Shown here: piece by piece, positions 9,147 to 23,200 of the stretch
How positions within the stretch are numbered: the stretch's first letter is position 1
How the letters are laid out: each line of letters opens with the position of its first letter
From: Phallusia mammillata
Taxonomy: Eukaryota
NCBI GenBank assembly: GCA_965637545.1
Contig: OZ281494.1
Location: forward strand, 9,610,001 to 9,674,000
Direction: 5' to 3'
DNA length: 64,000 nucleotides
Notes under the pieces: model-generated
What the model was told of the DNA's origin: nothing
What the model saw: only the letters and a program-made list of their open reading frames with translations
Databases searched by the model: none
Made by a program: the position numbers and the translations under genes

Positions 9147-9497
9147 TAGGGTTGTAAGTCGGGTCGGACTTTTCGGGCCTAGGTTTTTCAAATCGGGCCT
9201 GACTTCACATTCTGTGTACGCAACATTTTACAAATAAAATCCCCTAGCTAAATAGACTTTTAATGGACTAATGCCTAACAGCCCTAAAACGTCTTGTTTA
9301 AGCCAATGTTTGTTACTTTGCATTGTGCATGTCAACTTTACGATTTTCTGTACAGACGTACTTTTTGTAAGCTTTCATGTATTTGCCGGTCAAACAGTTT
9401 TGAGCCCTCTCAAAAACGATTTAGGTTCGGGCCGGGTTTGTATGCTTTGGTTCTGGCCGGATTTGTGCTAGAACTTCCGGCCCCGCCTAAAACTCTG
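9147..9497. mobile_element. Old degenerate MITE in GPCR intron 6, shared by all four copies
   Basis: TAGGGTTGTAAGTCGGG...AAACTCTG ends with TCGGGC subterminal repeats, related to the 30652-31059 element. A degenerate TSD (TGGTATAC/TAGTATAC) is visible in copy 4. Confidence 0.6.
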
Positions 9498-12400
9498 TAG
9501 TATACAATTTACATAAACCAATCTTTCATACTAAAGTGGATAACTTCGTTCAGGTGTTCGTGATCGTGTAAGCATCCCGGTCCAGAAAACATGCGACCTG
9601 GTCTCCGATTGCATCAACTCCACAGACGAACTTAACTGTTCCGAATCCACACACTTCTACTGCCTCAACAAGTCCCCTCCATATGTACCAATAACCAAAG
9701 TTCTCGACGGCGTTTCAGACTGCAGCGATTCCTCAGACGAATGTCCTCCGAACTACTTCAAAAACGACGCACTTGCCTCCAACGAGCAAATGATCAAAAT
9801 TCGAGCTCTCGAAATCCTGGTCTGGTTTATGGCAATATTGGCGTTGTTTGGCAACCTCGCAGTTATGATAAACACTGCGCTTTACTTTAAACAAACCAAG
9901 ATCGATCAATTACAAAACAAAGTAGGCTTGATCAACAACGCTTTGATTTTCAACTTAGCAATAGCTGATTTTCTCATGGGTATCGTTCTCCTGGTTGTTG
10001 GAATCAAAGCGGTTGAGTTTTCAGGGAGTTACTGTCTTTTTGACAAGTTGTGGAGATCTAGTAACCTGTGCAACGCAATCGGTGCCATGACAGTGATTTC
10101 AAGTGAAACATCAGTGCTTACATTGGTTTGCATCACATCATATCGTCTCTACATCATTTGTAAACCTTTCGAGTCTCGTTGTATCAGGGGCAGAATTGCA
10201 ATAATGTGGATCTGTATCATCTGGTTTGTCTCCTTTCTTCTTGCTTTGCTTCCACTTTCTACCGTCTTGTCTGGAAATATGTTAAACAGGGCTCAAATCA
10301 CGCCTAGTCCTTATTTCTATTCTGATCAAGTGAAACTTACCGACTTCAGGCAATTTGCTCTGCGAATCGCTGCTTTAGGCAACAAAACTCAGCAAAATAT
10401 TGAGTCATACAATTGGGACGAACTTAACGCTTATCTAACCTCGGAACAAAGCTCCGTGGCGCCATCCACTGTCGGTTATTTTGGTTACTACAGCAGCAGT
10501 AGCGTTTGCATTCCGCGTCTGTTTCGCATCAGCAAAAACGAATCGGGCGTCAACCCAATGTCGTCCATTGTAATCTCGTTCAACTTTGTGGCACTTCTTT
10601 ACATTGCTTCGTCTTATGTTGCCATTTACATCAAATCGAGTGGCAATGAGGTGACTAAATCCAACAAGGTGAAGAACAAACAGAATGTGAGCATGCAACG
10701 GAAAATCACATTGCTCATAGCAACTGACATGTGCTGCTGGTTACCGATTTGCATCATGACATTTCTTAGTATGTCAGGAGTTGTTCTGCCTCCGGATTCC
10801 TATGCAGTTTCAGCAGTGGTTCTCCTGCCCATCAACAGCTCACTCAACCCGATGATTTGCACCAACTTTCCACAGATGGTCTATTCCAAAATCCGATTTC
10901 TTATCAACAAAGCCAGAAGTTGCTTCAATTTCTCGCCATTGCGCAACGCCGTGCATCGACCATCAGCCGAGCTTGAAATGCCCAAGAAAAATGTCACTAA
11001 AGTGTAACCTTCCAATTTTTTAACGTAAATTGGCCATAACACCAAGAAAGGCACGCTACTCTTTGTGCCTAAATTTAGATAATTGTTGTCTATTAATTAT
11101 ATACGTGGCCTACCTTTTGTCTGACGTTTCTGTAAATAAAACCCTTGCGCTGTCAGTAGCCAGTGATGCCCTAAAATGTTTACGTTTATGTGGATAAGTG
11201 AAACTTTTACCAAGTAAAGCTGTATACGAATCCCCGCCACTTGACGCTTGTGCAACGGTATAGCTAAAGCGTGTTCGGCATCTTTTCACCATTTGCGCCC
11301 CTTTGCTGTTTGCGCTCCTTGCCGTTTAACGTTACGCAGCTTTATCCGCTTGGGTAAATGCTATAGCGCGACTGTGCTGCTACGATTTGTTCTACGAGCA
11401 AACGAAATTCAAATCAAGCACGTCCTTGAAGGAGTAGAGTGCTAAAAACATGATTTGCAGACACAAACTGTTGCTGTTGTGTGTTTTTGTACAGACGGCA
11501 TGATGTTGCTTACAAGTATGACATGTCTTGTTTGAAACTGAACTTGTTGACTTATTCCAATACCGTATTCAAGAATTATGCTTTAATATTTTTACTGAAA
11601 AAAATTGTTGTTTGAATATTACTGCCATTTGTCACTTCTTTCAATTACATTGTCGTTTTGCCTGGACGCAGCGACATGTTCATTATTTCCGCAACTCTCT
11701 CGATGTTAGAGTGTTCAGTTGTTTTCGCAACAGAAAAATTTAGTTAAACCCTCTTTTCTATTTTTTATTTCAAAAAACCGACCATTGTAACACTGCAGTT
11801 CTTTTCCTGGAATATGTATGTACTTACAATTTCGTTAGACGTCGCTTATGTGTTGTGACTAAAATTGCCTAATTTACAGCAGTGTTCAGTTTTCTGGTCA
11901 CTGTAGGCAATATGTAATGTACAACGGTATTGGTTCTCAGTTAAAGCGAACAGAAAAGCGTCACAATCATCTTGTAACAAAAAAAATGGCCAATAACCTG
12001 ACACAAAGAAACATGTGACGTTATAAGAGTCAACATATCTTAACTCATACACCAACATTGTCCTGACATTAATCTAAAATAATCGCACACAATCAAATTA
12101 CGTACCAACTTGTTAGAAATCCAGGTTTAAACTACAGACACTTTGACGGATGTTTAGCACTTTAAAATGAACAGGCATTCATGCTTTTATAGCTGCACAT
12201 AATACAAGGTATAATGTTAGAACATACATATTTCTAAACTAAAATAGTTCAATCACAAACTGCGACTCATAAAAAAGCTGCTCAGAGCACAGAAAGAAAC
12301 TGCAAAACGTGGCCTGCGCAACATAGCACTAGCAATGGTATCAGACGCATTGTTACGTTTTAGTTTTCTCCACCAATCATGGCAGGCGCTTTAATACGTC

Positions 12401-12668
12401 ACAGTAGGTATTGGCAAATCTCTAGCGTAAACTAGAAACAGGGAAAGAAAGCACATGCAAGCAACTTCTTGTTGTAACAATAAATGAATGCGAAAATCGG
12501 TATCTTTTTTACTATTCTATGTAGTTCATAATTCTAACGATTAAATGGTCGTTAGAACTGGTGTCAAAAGATAATAAAATGAAAGAACTTTAGTCTTTAT
12601 TTCTAACAGGTTTACTACGTGGCATGATACAACTAAATTAGAATGTGATGTTTATTATTAAACTGAGA

Positions 12669-15600
12669 CTAATTTGTCTGTCGTTGGAGTGCGTGTTTCA
12701 ACAAGACAAGCACAGGTGCAAAGATGATGAGTTGGTTGAAATACGTTGGGTGAGCTCCGTTGCCTGTGTTGCAGTCGTCTAAAATTACAAGATTTGGAAT
12801 TTAATTTCAAATTAGTAACAACGTTTTGATGAAAAAGTTGGCATATGGTCTCACAAGGTCATTTAAATATGTATTTTATTCCAGTATGTTACGTTCTACA
12901 TCACCACTGCCTAAGCCTATAAGCGTTCTGCTTTACCTGTGTCACATGTGTAGGTGCAAAGACTTCCCGTGAAGCCTTGAACAGTTCTGTCGGAACACCC
13001 GGGTTGTGGGTCGCCGCACCATCTCGTAATTATTGCAGCAATGTTGCCGTCATCTTCTTCATCGCCAATATCACCGTCATCTGAATTTGCGAAACTTGTT
13101 TATATAAGACACAGTTTAAGTTCGTGTAACGTCTGGTAACAACACATTGACATGTTAATACTTTTGAGGGTAAAATATATGATGGAAATTTAAGAGTAAA
13201 TTTGTTATCTGGGATCGACCTTTAAAAACGCAAGTAAGTTTAAAAGAGTATCTCACGCATAAAATATGCATAACTTTTTAAAACATAACATGCAACAAAT
13301 CCTTTGTTTTTCTTGTTTTTGAATGCCTAGTACTCTGGTAACTGGAAATGGCCTAATCAACTAGACTCTAGTAATAGATTAGGCCATTGTACCAACATGT
13401 TTTGGGCATCAAATACATACTTGAACTTGTAAACACGGTTGTTACGCATTTGTCGTCGTTTGATGGACATGTGATACTGTGGGATTGCGCCACATTCGGT
13501 CCATAACAGTCCATTGGTGCTGCAGAGCCTGGTAGGTCTTGAAATGTGCAACTGTAGCATTTCAGGTTTTCCTCGCTGCCGTCAAGCCATCCATTTCCCG
13601 TATTGCAGTCATCTGTGTAAAGGAAACTTACTCGTGTTGTAGCATTTAAAAAAAAACACGTTTACTGTAGGCGTTTCAAACAATGATTAAATCACACGCG
13701 ATACTTTCCAGTTTTTTGCATGAGATACGTTTGTGCAGTTTTCGGAAACATATAAGTTACCAAATGTTTGGTGTTTTAAACACTTTCATTTATTTAAGCA
13801 AGCCCCAAAACTTTCTTTTTCCGCAAATAAACTGCCTGAGGTTTATAGTAAAGTCTGACCAAACAATCGTTATGGTATCAATTTTACTAATGATAGTAGT
13901 TTACTGTTCATCGAGATTTTGCATGAAAAATCATGGTTTATCTACAATTGTACAAAAATACATAAACTGACTTTATTCAAATAGTATTTTTTACATTCTC
14001 GTCCAGTGTTTCGTAATGTCATGTCTTGATTCAGAACCATTTAGTCAATATCAGAATATTATAAATACATGTAATGTTCGGTAATTTCTACCTGTAGAGC
14101 AAGTGTAGGTGCACGTTGAGCCTTCATGATCTTCGTAGTTGGTTTCATTTACGCAACCGGTTTGAGGGTTTCCACATGATCGGTCAACTACAATAACATC
14201 TTCCCCGTTTGTGTCTGAAGTAAACAAGCAATATTCAAGCTGAATCGTGTTGAGATGAGGTAAACCTACTTTACTGGAAGACATAACTTAAATGCCCGCA
14301 CTAGGATGCTAAGTAACAATGTGAAAAGGTGTGAAATCACAACACACGTAAGATATGTTACAGCAAAATAATACAAACCAATAAAAGACTTTGTGAACAA
14401 CGTACACCATGTTTTTTGTGTTGAGATGAGATGAATCTACTTTACTGGACGCTATAACTTAGACCAGTGGTTCTTAACCTTTTTGTAGTCATGGACCCCT
14501 TTTATGAATTTTGTAAGTCTGCGGACCCCCAACGCAATTTACCATAAGTCGTTTTATGTTTCACGTTTCTTGCATTATAACCATGCGTTTAAAGCATTTA
14601 AATCCGCCTTCACAGTCCTTTAAAATCAATGATGTTTCTGTATTGTAGTGGCCAACACATCGAATTGATAATATTTCTGGTAAATATAACTTCACAAATC
14701 ACTTGTCCTATAAAGTCTATTGTCCATGTGTGTTATGATGTCACAATAGGGAAGACAATCACAAAAAGTAATTGTTCTCAATCAAGGTGTAATAAACAGC
14801 GTGCACCCGTATGCAGGATTGTAAACACTGTTAAGAAACTTAAAAATATTCTTCTGTTGGTTAATGATACTTAACATATTTCCATCCATGGACCCCCTGA
14901 AACCATCTCACGGACCCCTTGGGGGGTCCGCGAACCCCAGGTTAAGAACCACTGACTTAGAGCCACGCACTATGATCATTGCTACGTAACTGCGCAAAAT
15001 CAAACCGCAACATAAGTAAGAACGGTTATAGAAAACAATTTTGAGGTTTTGTGGATAAGGCACGGCGTGAAAAGTAGTTACCTACGTCTACTAAACATAA
15101 TATTCTAAAAACTTTAAGTAGACATGCGAAAAATTTCCAGTTAGCTATATGAGTTTGTATGCCCGTCAAATTATTTCTGATGGTTTACTTACTGTTGACA
15201 TATCTCCAATAGCTACGTTTGCTCATGGCGTTTAACCAGCTCGCGTAAAACTGCGTTGACGTACGCAAAGGGGAATTTAATATCGGGGAATGTCGAAATG
15301 CTACAGTCACGCCGAAGTTTTTGCACGCGATCGTTGGCACAAATAAAGGTCATTTATTTGATTTTTACTTTTTATCCAAGGTGTTCAAAGTTCAGGTACG
15401 GCACTTTTGTAAAATGGTACATTTATATGTTTCAGACTTGCTTAAAGTTAGATCAAAGTCGTTTAGTTTGTGATACATATATATATATGTACAAAAAACT
15501 ATACTATGTGAAATACTCTTGTCCAAAGATTATTGTGTTTTTTTCCCATACCGAGAAGGCACATGTAAAAAAGTTTTAACATTTGCTGACAATGCTAGTA

Positions 15601-18043
15601 GCCCAAACGTACTATCTAATAAGTTTTGTACGTGTAACAAGACTTATAGCCATCGGCGATGGGTCCACTGTTTTAGTAGTTGGGTTAGTTCTGTAATGTC
15701 CAAACACAGGAAACTATCAAAAAAGCTTGAATAAAAGTCCTTGTTCAGGTAATGAAGCATTACACTTACTTGAACTCGAAAACACGGATGTTACACATTT
15801 ATCATCTTTTGATGGACATGTGATACTGTGGGACTGAGCCACATTCGGCCCATAGCAATCCATTGGTGCTGCAGTGCCTGGTACATCTAGGAATGTGCAA
15901 CTGTAGCATTCCAGGTTTTCCTCGCTATCGCCAAGCCACCCGTTTCCCGTGTTGCAGTCATCTGTACAATCGACAGAAACTTTGTGCAGAGATAGTTGTG
16001 TTAACACATATAGCATGATGATAAGGCTTTTCTTTAGACCAGTGGTTCTCAACCTTTTTTACTATGCGACCCCCTTTAGAGATTTTCTAACACCACGCGA
16101 CCCCTATACACACGCACACACACAAGAAGTTTAACTACCAGCATGTGTTGATTGTGTTCATCACACATTTGCAATCTAACGTGGCTGCAATAGTTCGGCG
16201 TTTTGCTGTATTCCGGAAAACCCATATTTTTCAATAACTATTTCACTATTTCGTGTTTTTTTTATGTTAAGAAAAACCAAAACCCGCAATTGTAGAAGTA
16301 TACAATCGCAAATAATGTTGCGCCCGTTCTAAATCAAACGGTCGTGTGAGTTACTACATGCTAAACAAAAGTCACAGGGAAAGTTTTTTTGATACAGATA
16401 AAATAATTCCGTGTTCGGTTGCGTCTCCGCGACCCCCTCAAAAGTGCTTGGCGACCCCTTGGGGGGTCGCGACCCCCAGGTTGAGAAACACTACTTTAGA
16501 CAATCACTGACGTCTTAAAGCACCCATTGCCGTATTTAAACCTATAAACTCGAACAGATGTTGTTAAATCGTTTCGGGCAATTTTGCCGTGGCAATATTG
16601 CTTGTTCTATACTTGTAACTGTACTGTAATCAAGATTTTGTACTTATATTTGGTCAAATGTTTTATTATATCCTGGTCCATATTATTATGTTCACATGCA
16701 TAAATTCAGATGTTTTTTAAACGAGTCTACAAAAAGTTAAAAATGGGAATGTACAGCTTTACCACATTTTTCGTAAATGAATATAAGTTTCAATGAATAT
16801 TTTCTGACAGTTTACCGGTTGAGCAAGTGTAGTTGCACATTGAACCTGTGAAATCTTCATAGTTGGTATCATTTACACAACCAGCTTCAAGGTTTCCGCA
16901 TGATCGGTCAATTACAACAACATCTTCTCCGTTTAAGTCTAAATATTAAAGTTAAATAAAGTAAACAAACAATATTAAAGTTAAATAAAGTTTAATATTT
17001 AAATAAAAGCATAAACTTTGTTCAAATCACAAGCAATAAATGTATCAGAAAAACTGGTGTAAAGGGTAAGTGAGGGCAAACAATTTCAGTTTGTTGCATT
17101 GTGGGTAACGTGACGTCATTGTTGACAAAGCACTGGTGACAAAACGACTTCACACACCAACTACTCATATTTACATTAAAATACATCGGGAGTAATTGTG
17201 CAGTTAGCTATGAGTTTGTAGTCCAGTCCAATGTTTTTCTGTTGGTTACCTTAGTGTTGACATATCTCCAATAGCTACGTTTGCTCATGGTGTTTATCCA
17301 GCTCGCGTAAAACTGCGTTGACGTACGCAAAGGGGAATTTATTGTCGGGGGATGTGACATTACTTACATTACGACCAGCTTTTCGCACGCTTTTGTTAAA
17401 TAAAGGACACTGATTTAAATTCGACCCGACCTGTTTTGGAATGTCTTTCAATGTTTTTGACTTGCTTAAAGTAATGTCAATTTTGTTTAACTTAATAATA
17501 AATGAATCATGTTTGGCCAAAATTAAGCTATTTTACTATAAAACATGTTAAACTCCTGTTTTATTTATGCCAATGATCTTAATTTTTTTGCAAATCAACA
17601 ACTTCAGGCAATGTACAGTATGTCATTTACCTGTACCGGCAAAGACCAGAGTAACACATGTATCATTAGGCGATGGACAGGTTACACTACGAGCCTGTGC
17701 CACGTTTGGGCCGTAACAATCCTTTCTGGCACCGATTCCAGGAACATCCCGGTATGTACAATTGTAGCAGTCAAGGCCGAATCCTGAAATAAACAATTTC
17801 TTTGAATTTGAACCGATACTATTGCGATTTGTATAGTGACAAATAACTACAATCATACAAAATACTTCAAGATTATTACCCTCCTTTAAACATTAAAAGC
17901 AGACTCAAAATGCAATTTCCTCAATGAAGATTTACACTACATCAATTGTTGCTTGCAAATAACATAAAATCACACGAGGCAAACGTCTCACCTTTTGAAA
18001 CACTTACAATAACAATTACAAGTACACTGCAAAATCTCATCAT
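12669..18043 (-). CDS. Secreted, probably GPI-anchored protein with three Ly6/uPAR (three-finger) domains, about 362 aa; exons 18043-17992, 17783-17631, 16938-16816, 15961-15770, 14214-14092, 13612-13421, 13080-12937, 12778-12669
   Basis: Manual splicing gives an open frame with all phase-1 GT-AG introns. It has a signal peptide (MMRFCSVLVIVIVSVSKG), three L.CY.C...C..DDCN domains with 10 Cys each, and a hydrophobic C-terminal tail (LIIFAPVLVLL). Confidence 0.85.
14465..14954. mobile_element. hAT-type MITE in a Ly6/uPAR gene intron
   Basis: TIR CAGTGGTTCTTAACCT / AGGTTAAGAACCACTG with TSD ACTTAGAC/ACTTAGAG. Confidence 0.85.
16040..16493. mobile_element. hAT-type MITE in a Ly6/uPAR gene intron
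   Basis: TIR CAGTGGTTCTCAACCT / AGGTTGAGAAACACTA with an 8-bp TSD CTTTAGAC on both sides. Confidence 0.85.
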
Positions 18044-18637
18044 GCATGTAAGTAGCTAATACCAGCAGTCAGAACTAAACGTGAGCAGTACGTCGTACCT
18101 GTTAAATACCTTAAGTATTTGCTCACGGCCACGCGCTAAGTGGACGTAAATTGGATTTATAAAGCAAACACTTCAGAGGTTGTATTTTCGATTCCTGTTT
18201 CAATCGAATTGGAGGTTTGACAGGAGGCAAAAACCGACTAAAACTAGTTTGTAACTGGAATATTCCGGCGAAAAGTCACCCAAAACCGGAATTTTCTTCA
18301 ATTTTTTGACTTCTCAAAATCGAAAAATGGAAAGTTTTTTTTTTCGATAATCGGGTCGAAAAAGGTGATTTGACATTTTTTTCGTTTTTGTGTCGGGTTT
18401 ATGAGATTGCTGTAACCTGGTGTTGGTGGAACCGGGAGAACAAATTGGAGCCTGGAGAGCGAATTAAAGCGGGAAAACTTTATTTCAAATCAATGAAACT
18501 GAAGTTCTAAAACTTCCAACTGCAGCCAACTTCGACGGATTAAAAACACAAAATTGCGATGAATCGTAAAGGATAAAAAATTAAAAATTACAAAGGTAAA
18601 CATACAACTGTTTTACTTTGAATTTTGTCTGTTTTAG

Positions 18638-18724
18638 ACGATTGCAACACAGGTAACGGAGCGAGATTTCAACCAATTTATCGTCCTTGTACTTTTGCTT
18701 ATCTTGTTCAAACACGCACTCTAA
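18638..18724 (+). pseudogene. Orphan inverted copy of the terminal (GPI-signal) exon of the Ly6/uPAR gene
   Basis: ttttag|ACGATTGCAACACAGGTAACGGA matches exon 8 (12778-12669). It has an internal frameshifting deletion, and no upstream exons were found in this orientation. Confidence 0.7.
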
Positions 18725-20286
18725 CGACGGACCAATTAATCTCAGTTTAATAACAAACAACACATTCTGATTTAGTTTTAATCGGTCATATAACTATGAA
18801 CTGCATATAATAGTAAAAGACAAAGAAAGCGTTTTTGCATTCATTTATTGTTACAACGAGACGTTGCTTGCGTTTGCTTTCTTTTCCTGTTTCTGGTTTA
18901 GGCTATAGTGATTTGCCATTACTTACTGTGACGTAACAAAGCGCCTGCTATGATTGGTGGAGAAATCTTAAACGTAACAATGCGTCTGATATAGTAGTGC
19001 AATGTTGTGCGGACCACGTTTTACACTTTCTTTCTGTGCTGTGCCTGTGAGCAGCCATTTTAGTAGTCGCAGTTTGTGATTGAACTAATTTAGTTTAGAA
19101 ATATGTATGTTCTAACATTACAGTGTATTATGTGCAGCTATAAAAACATGAATACTAAAGTTGATTTTAAAGTACAGGTTAAAAAATCCTGTAGTTTTAA
19201 TCTGTACTTCTAACAAGTTGGTACGTAATTTGATTGTGTGCATTTATTTTAGATTAATGTCATGACAATGTTGGTGTACGAGTCACATGTTTCTTTGTGT
19301 CAGGTTATCGGCCATTTTGTTGTTTTCTATATTACAAGATGATTGTGACACTTTTCTGTTCGCTTTAACAGAGAACCAACACTGTTGTACATTACATATT
19401 GCCTACATTTACCAGAAAACTAAATACTACTGTGAATCAAATAATTTTAGTCACAACATAGGAACGTGTAACAAATTGCAAAATCGGTACATGTATCTTC
19501 CATGAAAAGAATTCCAGAATTACAATGGTCGACCTTGAAACAGTAAAAAAAACGAGGGTTTAAGTAAATTGTTCTTTTGGGAAAACGGGCAAACACATTA
19601 ATATCAAGAAAGTTACAGAAATTATGAACTTATCGCTGCGTCCAGCCAAAACGACACTGAAAATGGAAAAAGTCCAAAGTGGCAGAAACATTCATACAAC
19701 AGCATTTTCAGTAAAAATAATAAAGCATATTTCTTGAATACAGTCTTGAAATAAGTCAACAAGTTCAATTTCAAAGAAGACATGTCATCCTTGTAAGCAA
19801 CATCATGCCGTCTGTGCAAAAACATGCAACAGCAAGAGTTTGTGTCCGCAAATAATGTTTTTAGCACTCTACTCTTTCAAGGACGTGCTTGATTTGAGTT
19901 TCATTTGCTTGTTAAACAAATCGTGACAGCACAGTCGCGCTATAGCATTTACCCAAGCGGACAAAGCTGCGTAATGTTAAACGGTAAAGCAAAGGGGCAC
20001 AGATGGTAAAAAGATGCCGAACACGCTTTAGCTATACCGTTGCACAAGTGTCAAGTGGCGGGGCTCGTATACAGCTTTACTTAGTGAAAGTTTCACTTAT
20101 CCACATAAAGTTATACATTTTAGGGCATCACTGACATCTGACAGCGCAAGGGTTTTATTTACAGCAACGTCAGACAAAAGGTAGGCCACGTATATAATTA
20201 ATAGACAACAATTATCCAAATTTAAGCACAAAGAGTAGCGTGCCTTTCTTTGTGTTATGACCAACTTAAGTTTTAAAAATTGAAAG

Positions 20287-23200
20287 TTACACCTTCGTGA
20301 TATTTTTCTTGGGCATTTCAAGCTCGATTGATGATCGATGCACGGCGTTGCCCAATGGCGAGAAGTTGAAGTAACTTCTGGCTTTGTTGATAAGAAATCG
20401 GATTTTGGAATAGACCATCTGTGGAAAGTTGGTGTAAATCATCGGGTTGAGTGAGCTGTTGATGGGCAGGAGAACCACTGCTGAAACTGCATAGGAATCC
20501 GGAGGCAGAACAACTCCTGACATACTAAGAAATGTCATGATGCAAATCGGTAACCAGCAGCACATGTCGGTTGCAATGAGCAATGTGATTTTCCGTTGCA
20601 TGCTCACATTCTGTTTGTTTTTCACCTTGTTGGATTTTGTCACCGCGTTGCCACTGGACTTGATGTAAATGGCAACATAAGACGAGGCGATGTAAAGAAG
20701 TGCCACAAAGTTGAACGAGATTACTATGGACGACATCGGGTTGACGCCGGATTCGTTTTTGCTAATGCGAAACAAACGTGGAATGCAAACGCTGCTGCTG
20801 CTGTAGTAACCAAAATAACCGACAGTAGATGGCGCCACGAAGCTTTGTTCCAAAGTTAGATAAGCGTTAAGGTCGTCCCAATTGTATGACTCAATTTTCT
20901 GCTGAGTTTTGTTGCCTAAAGCAGCGATTCGCAAAGCGAATTGCCTGAAGTCGGTAAGTTTCACTTGATCAGAATAAAAGTAAGGACTGGGTGTGATTTG
21001 AGCGCTGGTCAACATATTTCCAGACAAGGCGGTAGAAAGTGGAAGCAAAGCAAGAAGAAAGGAGACAAACCAGATGATACAGATCCACATTATTGCAATT
21101 CTGCCCCTGATACAACGAGTTTCGAAAGGTTTATAAATGATGTAGAGACGATATGATGTGATGCAAACCAATGTAAGCACTGATGTTTCACTTGAAATCA
21201 CTGTCATGGCACCGATTGCGTTGCACAGGTTACTAGATCTCCACAACTTGTCAAAAAGACAGTAACTCCCTGAAAACTCGACCGCTTTGATTCCAACAAC
21301 CAGGAGAACGATACCCATGAGAAGATCAGCTATTGCTAAGTTGAAAATCATAACGTTGTTGATCAATCCTACTTTGTTTTGCAATTGATCGATCTTGGTT
21401 TGCTTAAAGTAAAGGACAGTGTTTATCATAACTGCGAGGTTGCCAAACAACGCCAATATTGCCATAAACCAGACCAGGATTTCAAGAGCTCGAATTTTGA
21501 TCATTTGCTCGTTGGAAGCAAGTGCGTCGTTTTTGAAGTAGTTCGGAGGACATTCGTCTGAGGAATCGCTGCAGTCTGAAACGCCATCGAGAACTTTGGT
21601 TATTGGTACAAATGGAGGTGACTTGTTAAGGCAGTAGAAGTGTGTGGATTCGGAACAGTTAAGTTCGTCTGTGGAGTTGATGCAATCGGAGACCAGGTCG
21701 CATGTTTTCTGGACTGGAATGCTTACACGATCACGAACACCTGAACGAAGTTATCCACTTTAGTATGAAAGATTGGTTGATGCAAATTGTATACTACAGA
21801 GTTTTGAGCGGGGCCGGAAGTCATACAAGCCCGGCCCGAACCTAAATCGTTTTTGAGAAGCCTGTTAACTGTTTGACCGCCCAATACATGAAAGCTTACA
21901 AAAAGTACGTTTGTACAGAAAATCATAAAGTAGACATACACAATGGAAAATAACAGACGTAGTCGTTTTAGGGCTGTTAGGCATTAGTCTAGCAAATGTC
22001 TATTTAGCAACGTTATTTTATTTTAAAAATATTGCGGAAACAAAGTGTAGGCCCGAACGTGCACGGAAAAGTTCGACCCGATATAAGTTACAAGTCTGAT
22101 ATATCAGCTTCTGTAGTAATGCAAAACGTATTAAAGATATAACTAAATAATCAACAAATAAATACAGCATTTTTTAGGTCTGAATGGTAAAAAAATCTAT
22201 TTACTGTAAACCAAAGTTTCGACTTGGCCTGCTGGGCATCGAAAGCGACCGGGGCAAATCGCTTCGTCGTAACCTTCCTGACAATCATCATATCCATTGC
22301 AAATTGATGAACCTAGAATAAAACTATAGGCAAAATGTAGTTGACATTTTCGTACATGCACTTTCATTGGATCTCCACCGACTAAGGATCCAGGGATAAC
22401 CACCTGAGAAGAAATAGGTTGTTACGCAGAGTTTCCAAAATTAGGTTGCAGGCAACATGTGGTAACCCTTTTTTAACTTAGGCACCATATGACAATAGAG
22501 GAAATCAAAGTTTTTCAACTTTCGATAGAACAAACTACACTGCAGGAAGTGTGAAGGATGGAAATACCCCTAAGTCAAAACATTACCGTGCCCATAGGAA
22601 TTTGGTCGCACACTGGATGTCTGATGCTACAGTTTGCTCTCTCGCTGCACTCGTCTTCGAATCTTGAACACTCCACAACATTATTGCACCTGACAACAAC
22701 AGAAACCATAATCATGAAATCGTATACTTCTCTTCTATTGCCAAAACAGCCTCGTACTTTGTAGCTTCCAAAGGAGCTAAGCTGTTTATGACATCTTTGA
22801 TTAAGATCGATTGAAGAACTTTCCTTTTATCTTGTGGAATGGGATCGCAATGAAAATTTTTCAAGTTAATCACGTTGTCCTGATTGGTTGATTTACCGCA
22901 GTGAAGCTCATCCAGCTTTGTGATTGAACAATCCACTTTACCATCGCACACTTGTGATTTGGAAATACATACGTCTTCCAATCCACATTTCACTTGCCCT
23001 ATGCTGCACAACGAGCAAGCAAGGTTGCCAGGGTCTCCGTAGCACACATCGTCACACAGATATACTGACGAAGCCGAACCCGGAACATTTCGGGCGCAAA
23101 GGCATTCGTCTGTTAGGTCAGGGCAGTCAAAAATACCGTCACATAACTGTTTGGGTGAAATAATCATGTCCGAATACAAACACCGATGACATCTGAAAGT

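Larger units (their letters stand above)
5677..11007 (+). pseudogene. LDLa-repeat GPCR copy 1 (exons 2-7: 5677-5829, 5939-6070, 6576-7863, 7931-8033, 8848-9046, 9554-11007); exon 1 displaced upstream by the Polinton
   Basis: GT-AG exons are phase-compatible and match the paralogs. In-frame TAA at 6929-6931 replaces CAA in copies 2 and 4. NPxxY is changed to NPMIC. Confidence 0.85.

Noticed and set aside
11110-11445. Short ORFs repeated downstream of GPCR copies 1 and 3
   Set aside because: Duplicated 3' flank with non-ATG starts and no protein features.
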